A stretch of DNA of 64,000 nt, from positions 124,001-188,000 of the forward strand of contig JAUCBJ010008896.1 in assembly GCA_032718475.1 (NCBI GenBank), written 5' to 3'. The notes beneath the pieces were generated by a model. That model ran no database searches and was not told the DNA's origin. It saw nothing but the letters and a program-made list of their open reading frames with translations. Position numbers and translations under genes: made by a program. The first letter of the stretch is position 1. Each line of letters starts with the position of its first letter. This stretch comes from Nemertoderma westbladi. Lineage: Eukaryota > Animalia > Xenacoelomorpha. Shown here piece after piece: positions 59,131 through 64,000 of this stretch.

Positions 59131-59841
59131 GGGGGGGGTACACCATTTTGGTCTAAAATATGTCGAAATTTTTTTTGTGGTATATTGTAATGCACCATTG
59201 AATGGTGTTTCCAAATCTGAAAACCGCTATTTAATAGCTCTTTTAGTTTTCAAGTTATGTAAATTTCCATTTACGGAATCCTATTGAAATTACTATTACT
59301 ATGTATAATGAAAGGTCGATTATCTCCAAATATTTTTTTCATGAAATTGTCAACTTCAAAACCCTACTACTTCAACAATTTTTGAGTAATTAGTGTGAAA
59401 CTTCCTGTGGGTGTCTAGATAGCCACCCTGCACAAAAGTATCAGGCAACTTTTCGAAATTTTTTGTTAATAAAATTTAATACTATTTATAAAAAACCTAA
59501 AAATTTGCATAAATTTGCAGCGCCACCTAGCGGAGCAGAATTATTTTAACAAAATTTCGCCTGATAGTTATGTTGCCCCATCTTTGATCTATCATATAAA
59601 ATAACTTTCATGTGATTAGGTTCAAAACTGTAAAAGCCTTAGGGTTTTAAGCGCAACCAAGTTTTTTTTGTTGTTAACTAGTATTAACTAATATTAAATA
59701 GCGAAAAAAAAATTTTTCTGACCTGTCATGTAGAATAGCATCTTAGGCACCCATTTGCCAAATTTTAGCCAAAATCAAACAATTTTGAAACGCTGGGAGT
59801 GATAAATCGAAGAGTTGTCCGAAAATGGTGTACCCCCCCCC
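59131..59841. mobile_element. Non-autonomous DNA transposon (Kolobok-type MITE), 711 bp
   Basis: TIRs GGGGGGGGTACACCATTTT / AAAATGGTGTACCCCCCCC flanked by TTAA on both sides; purine-start termini with TTAA fit Kolobok rather than piggyBac. Confidence 0.85.
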
Positions 59842-61512
59842 TTAATTACCGCACCGCAGATTTAGAATAATACTACAATATTTCCCTCAACTCGAAGTAG
59901 CGGTAAAACCCCATGGAATAAGTCATATGCGAATTATAATAATAATAAATGGGTAAACACTTACACCCCTTAAATATATTTTTTATACTGTGTGTGTTTG
60001 CCCCAGCAACCTACCAGTTTTCCATTGGTATCACTGATTTACTTACTGTATAGGGTTCCAATGTTCTGTGGTCTGATGACTGTTTGGGATAGGTGGTAAC
60101 AGAGTTCATGGTGCGATTTTTTAAGTCATTGGTGCAATATACCCCAAGATAGGCTTTGGGTAATCCTTTGTCCAGCTGATGAGGTGTCGAGATTACCGCG
60201 TACTGGGTCTCAGACACCGAAACGCAACCATATTTTTGATAAAATTAATTATTTTTGCTTGAGTTCTACCCCTTTATGGCGACAAAATGTCATATATTTT
60301 TCTATGGAATATAGGCTTAGCTATTGTGCAGTATACTACCGGTATCATTTAGTGTATGGCGGTTAGGGTTAGGGTTAGGGTGCGATGCATACCTGTATGT
60401 TGAGCATGTTTCAATATATTTGTTTATGTCGTTTTAGTTTGTATTATTTTGTGTCGTTTTTTGATGGCCTTAGGCTGAGTACTACAGTACTTAGGGCTTA
60501 ATGTCCTGATCCTATGTTTTTTGTTAGATTAAGGGGTGTAAGACTTTAGTGTTTACCTATTTATATACCAAGCCCCCATTAGTCAGTATGTCGGTACTTT
60601 CAATTATCATATGCGAATTATCGTAGGCCCAACCCTGACACTCCCTGCAGTGCAGTGCCTAAGGGGGGATGTGTTAATTTATCACTCATGTACTGTATAA
60701 CTTTAAATTATTGGGGGGTAATGTAATCGAAGTTGGTACAATCCGGCATGTAATAAAGTTCTTTATTGCGTGGTCAATAATGTACAGTGCAATGTTATTT
60801 TCCCTATACTCGATAAATTCTATGTACTGTAGGGGATCTACCGAGCCAAGAGAGATTGATAAAGAATTGAAACCCTAGTTAAAATATGGTCCACGTTATT
60901 TAATCCGTGAACCGGGCTTCAAGGGTTTGGGGGGGGGGGGGGGGGGGGGGATACTGGCTTTCAAATGTTTTTGTTACATTATGTCAACTTATTGCAGCGT
61001 TCTGGTGAAATACTCGTAACGCTGCAAAATACTACTTTGTGGCGTTGCGGCCTATAGGACGGAACGCTGCAAAGTAATCAATAACCTGGAAACAACTTAA
61101 ATTACCGCATTCCAGAATGTATTATTTATATATATGTTAATGAGTGCTGCTTTATTTGCAGTGACGGGACTAGCTAAAGGTATGTAAATAATTGTTTAAG
61201 GTGTATTCCATTATGTCGAAACGTCCAATAGACGACACTTTAGAGAAAATAAGCAAAGAAAATTGCGACTGTGTTCAGTAAAACTGAACGACACAGATGA
61301 TGACTCAGTTTGCTTTAAGTCGACCCAAGGTCAAGTTGGATCAAAGATTTATCACATACATTTAGGAAATAACAACAATAAACTTTTATTAGATATAAAT
61401 GTATAATTAATACTGATATGAACCTCCCTCGCTGCGCTCGCCTGGTACATAAATAAACTAATTTTTAATAAAAAATAAACACGGGTAAAAAATTAGAATA
61501 AAGGGGAATATC

Positions 61513-61999
61513 AAGGTCCGATTATTTAGCGTAGTTCAGTAGATTGTAGAACCAGTACAACTCTTATAAGGGAGTCCATGCTGGGCCAGAACTGCAGAGG
61601 ATACCAAATCTCTGGATGGCACTTATAAAAGAATGCTGCGCCGGGTTCATTGTGTCAAGTACAATGAACACATCTCCAATCAGACTCTATACAACATTGG
61701 AGGTGTTCCATGAATCTCCCATAGCTGGACACTTGAACGGATCCCCCTCCGCTTTACAGGACATTCCTTTTCGCCGTGAGGACCAGCCAGTGCATATTAT
61801 TGTGGATTGGCGGCCTCATGGAGTGAATATAAGCATGGCGGACAGCCCATTACTTTCTTGAGACGCATCTTAAAGGACACTGGTCTTGAAGATGCGGATG
61901 ATCTAGCAAATATCATAGGGAGTTGTGGCGGCGAAATTTTGTCGACAAGACGGCACAGCATTCTTAATTAATAAATATATATGCAGCATGCCGATAGTA
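61513..61999 (+). mobile_element. RTE LINE 3' fragment, same family as 57195-58330
   Basis: Long near-identical tracts (AAGGTCCGATTATTTAG; TTCTTGAGACGCATCTTAAAGGACACTGG; CGGCACAGCATTCTTAA) with indels. Confidence 0.9.
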
Positions 62000-62156
62000 G
62001 TTATGAAGTATTTCATAAATGAAAATAATTGAAATTAACATTCATAATATTTATTGATAGGGTACTCGGAAGATACATTTTTAAAAGGGAACTTAGCTAA
62101 TTAACATGGTTGTATTAATTACTTGTTTCAATTCGTTCACAGATTATTTCACGACT

Positions 62157-62710
62157 TCAGTTGTCAGCTTTGAATTGTTCCTCGCTTTGATCTTGATTGG
62201 AAGATTGTGAAAGTGATCCTTTGGGAATATAAATAATGGAATTCCCGGTTATTGGGGATCTGCACCATGCACAAAACTGAGTTGATCCACTTTTTGGTGT
62301 GGAAGATCCAGATCCATCTTGACTTTTGCTTTTTTTACACTTCTTTGAAAACCCTGACTCCTTTGGTAATGATGCTGCCTTAGATACCTTTGCCGTCTTT
62401 GATTCTAATATTGACGATTGTGAAAGTGGTTCTTTAGGGTAAGAAATAATCGCATTTTCTGTTGTTATTGGTGATCTACACCAACAACAACGCTGCTGGG
62501 TTATTCCACTGTTTGGAATCGTTGCTATGTTCCCCAGTGCATTCTTTGGATAAATCTTTGGTATTTTAGGTACAGTAACATTTTTTTCGTCCTTTGATAC
62601 CTTCAGACTTCTGTTTCTCTTATCCATCTTCCTAGATTCCCCTCTACTTTTGCTTCGCTTACCCATCTTCCTAATTTCTCCTACTAGACTTTTGTTTCTG
62701 TTTCCCTTTT
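62157..62710 (-). CDS. Short paralog (last exon or pseudogene) of the basic repeat-protein gene, with two CxWC motifs
   Basis: Shares GKRSKSRG, NVTVPKIPKIYPKN and PIT...ISYP...SQSS...SKTA..SKAAS with 51148-53687. The frame is closed by TAA near 62712 and no exon-1 homolog was seen. Confidence 0.6.
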
Positions 62711-63371
62711 TTTAGATCACACTTGATACTTACACCGTTGTTGTTGTACTGTATTACAATTGTAGGGTTATACTAGCATACATAGATACAGTAGGCCTAC
62801 TTACAGTTACAATATACAAGGCTTACCGGTACTAATTGAATTATATACTATATGCATTTGTTTTTCTTATTGTCTGTAATTAAAACTATCATAATCCAGT
62901 AAATGATATGTTTTACAAAAACAAATGAATATCTTTTTGTACTACTTATTAATTTAAAATTGCATTTACTATTTTAAGGAAATACGGATTACACAGAGGA
63001 TAAAAATACTATCTTTTTGTATGAAGATCCACTTTTGCAAAATTTGAAAAGTTTAACATAACAAATTTATAAGGAAATTTGAATGATAAATTGCAATTGT
63101 AAATTTTGCCCCAAAGTTGAATTAAATAATGCCAGTTACTATATACTAGCTATAGGCCTGTCTTGTGACTGAATGTAATATTCCAGAACATAAAGCAAAT
63201 AATCAAACCAAAATGTCAATTAAGCTAGCTACTGGAGCAAAATATCCTACTACCAAGACCCATCGTAATGGCATGCTCACTAAATTCTAGAATATATCGA
63301 TCAGCTGATATAATGAAGTATGATTACAAATAATAATAAATAATAATTATTAAATAAATAATTATGTTATT

Positions 63372-63592
63372 AAAAAAGTTAACTACTCAAAATTCCTTGG
63401 TGTACTTATCGATGAACACTTGACTTGGAAAAATCACTTTGAAAATCACTTTGACAGTATTAGAACTAAGATAGCCAGAAATACTGGTATCATGAATAAA
63501 TGTAAGGACTTTGCTACCCCTTCAGCCTTAAAGACTCTCTATCATACACTCAAACACCCGTAATTCAACTATTGCACAGCAATTTGGGCTTG
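63372..63592 (+). mobile_element. CR1/L2-group LINE RT C-terminal fragment
   Basis: Translates KKVNYSKFLGVLIDEHLTWKNH...KIARNTGIMNK...LKTLYHTL..P*FNYCTAIW. Confidence 0.8.
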
Positions 63593-64000
63593 GAGAAGCA
63601 GTGTAACCACTGACACTATATCGTAACAAAAGACTCACACAGTAAGCACAAATACAGTACTATCGACGGAAACGCCAAAATAAAACGCCTACAACTGCCA
63701 GAACCACACTTGGAAAATTGAAAAGTCTACAACAACAGGCGATACGTATTGTAATAAGCAGAGGGAATCCCACACCCATATCCAATCGATCTACACTAAA
63801 CAGGTAGCTAGCTACAATATGTTACAAATATACTCAAAAAATTATGCCCGGCGACATTCTAACTTCTTTACTAACACCAACAGCAAACATTCACACATAT
63901 CATACTCGACGCGCCACAAATGGAAACAGTGTAAATGATAGCTCGACAATCCATAAAAGTACAAGCGCCTTTACTGTGGAATATAATACCAGAGTCAGTG

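Noticed and set aside
60361-60380. Telomere or interstitial telomeric array
   Set aside because: Only three TTAGGG units, as often found inside non-autonomous repeats.
57195-61999. The two RTE fragments as evidence of a segmental duplication that created the paralogous gene
   Set aside because: The first has its own TSD, the flanks do not match, and the fragments lie on different sides of the two genes; independent insertions are simpler.

Overview
Repeat-dense animal genomic DNA, probably from a marine invertebrate; an echinoderm is suggested by SPKK/SPKR-type basic protein motifs, but that is inference. Contents, left to right: a 15-bp foldback repeat, then three different BEL/Pao LTR elements that all lack reverse transcriptase. 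Element A (minus) has gag, integrase and a long unknown 3' ORF; B has gag-protease only; C has gag-protease only, with near-identical 1236-bp LTRs and a GTAGT TSD. A 50-bp satellite has been split by both element C and a full-length RTE LINE, and a 5.4-kb 26-bp satellite follows. Next is an intact, apparently very young Gypsy-type element with CG...CG LTR ends, a 3-bp TSD and an IADD RT motif (Troyka-type). The right part holds a two-exon host gene for a ~914-aa Lys/Arg/Ser/Gly repeat protein (sperm-nuclear-basic-protein-like), a short Cys-bearing paralog, RTE and CR1/L2 fragments, a tRNA-SINE remnant and a Kolobok-type MITE. No CRISPR array, rRNA or intact tRNA gene was seen. All alignments and counts were made by eye.
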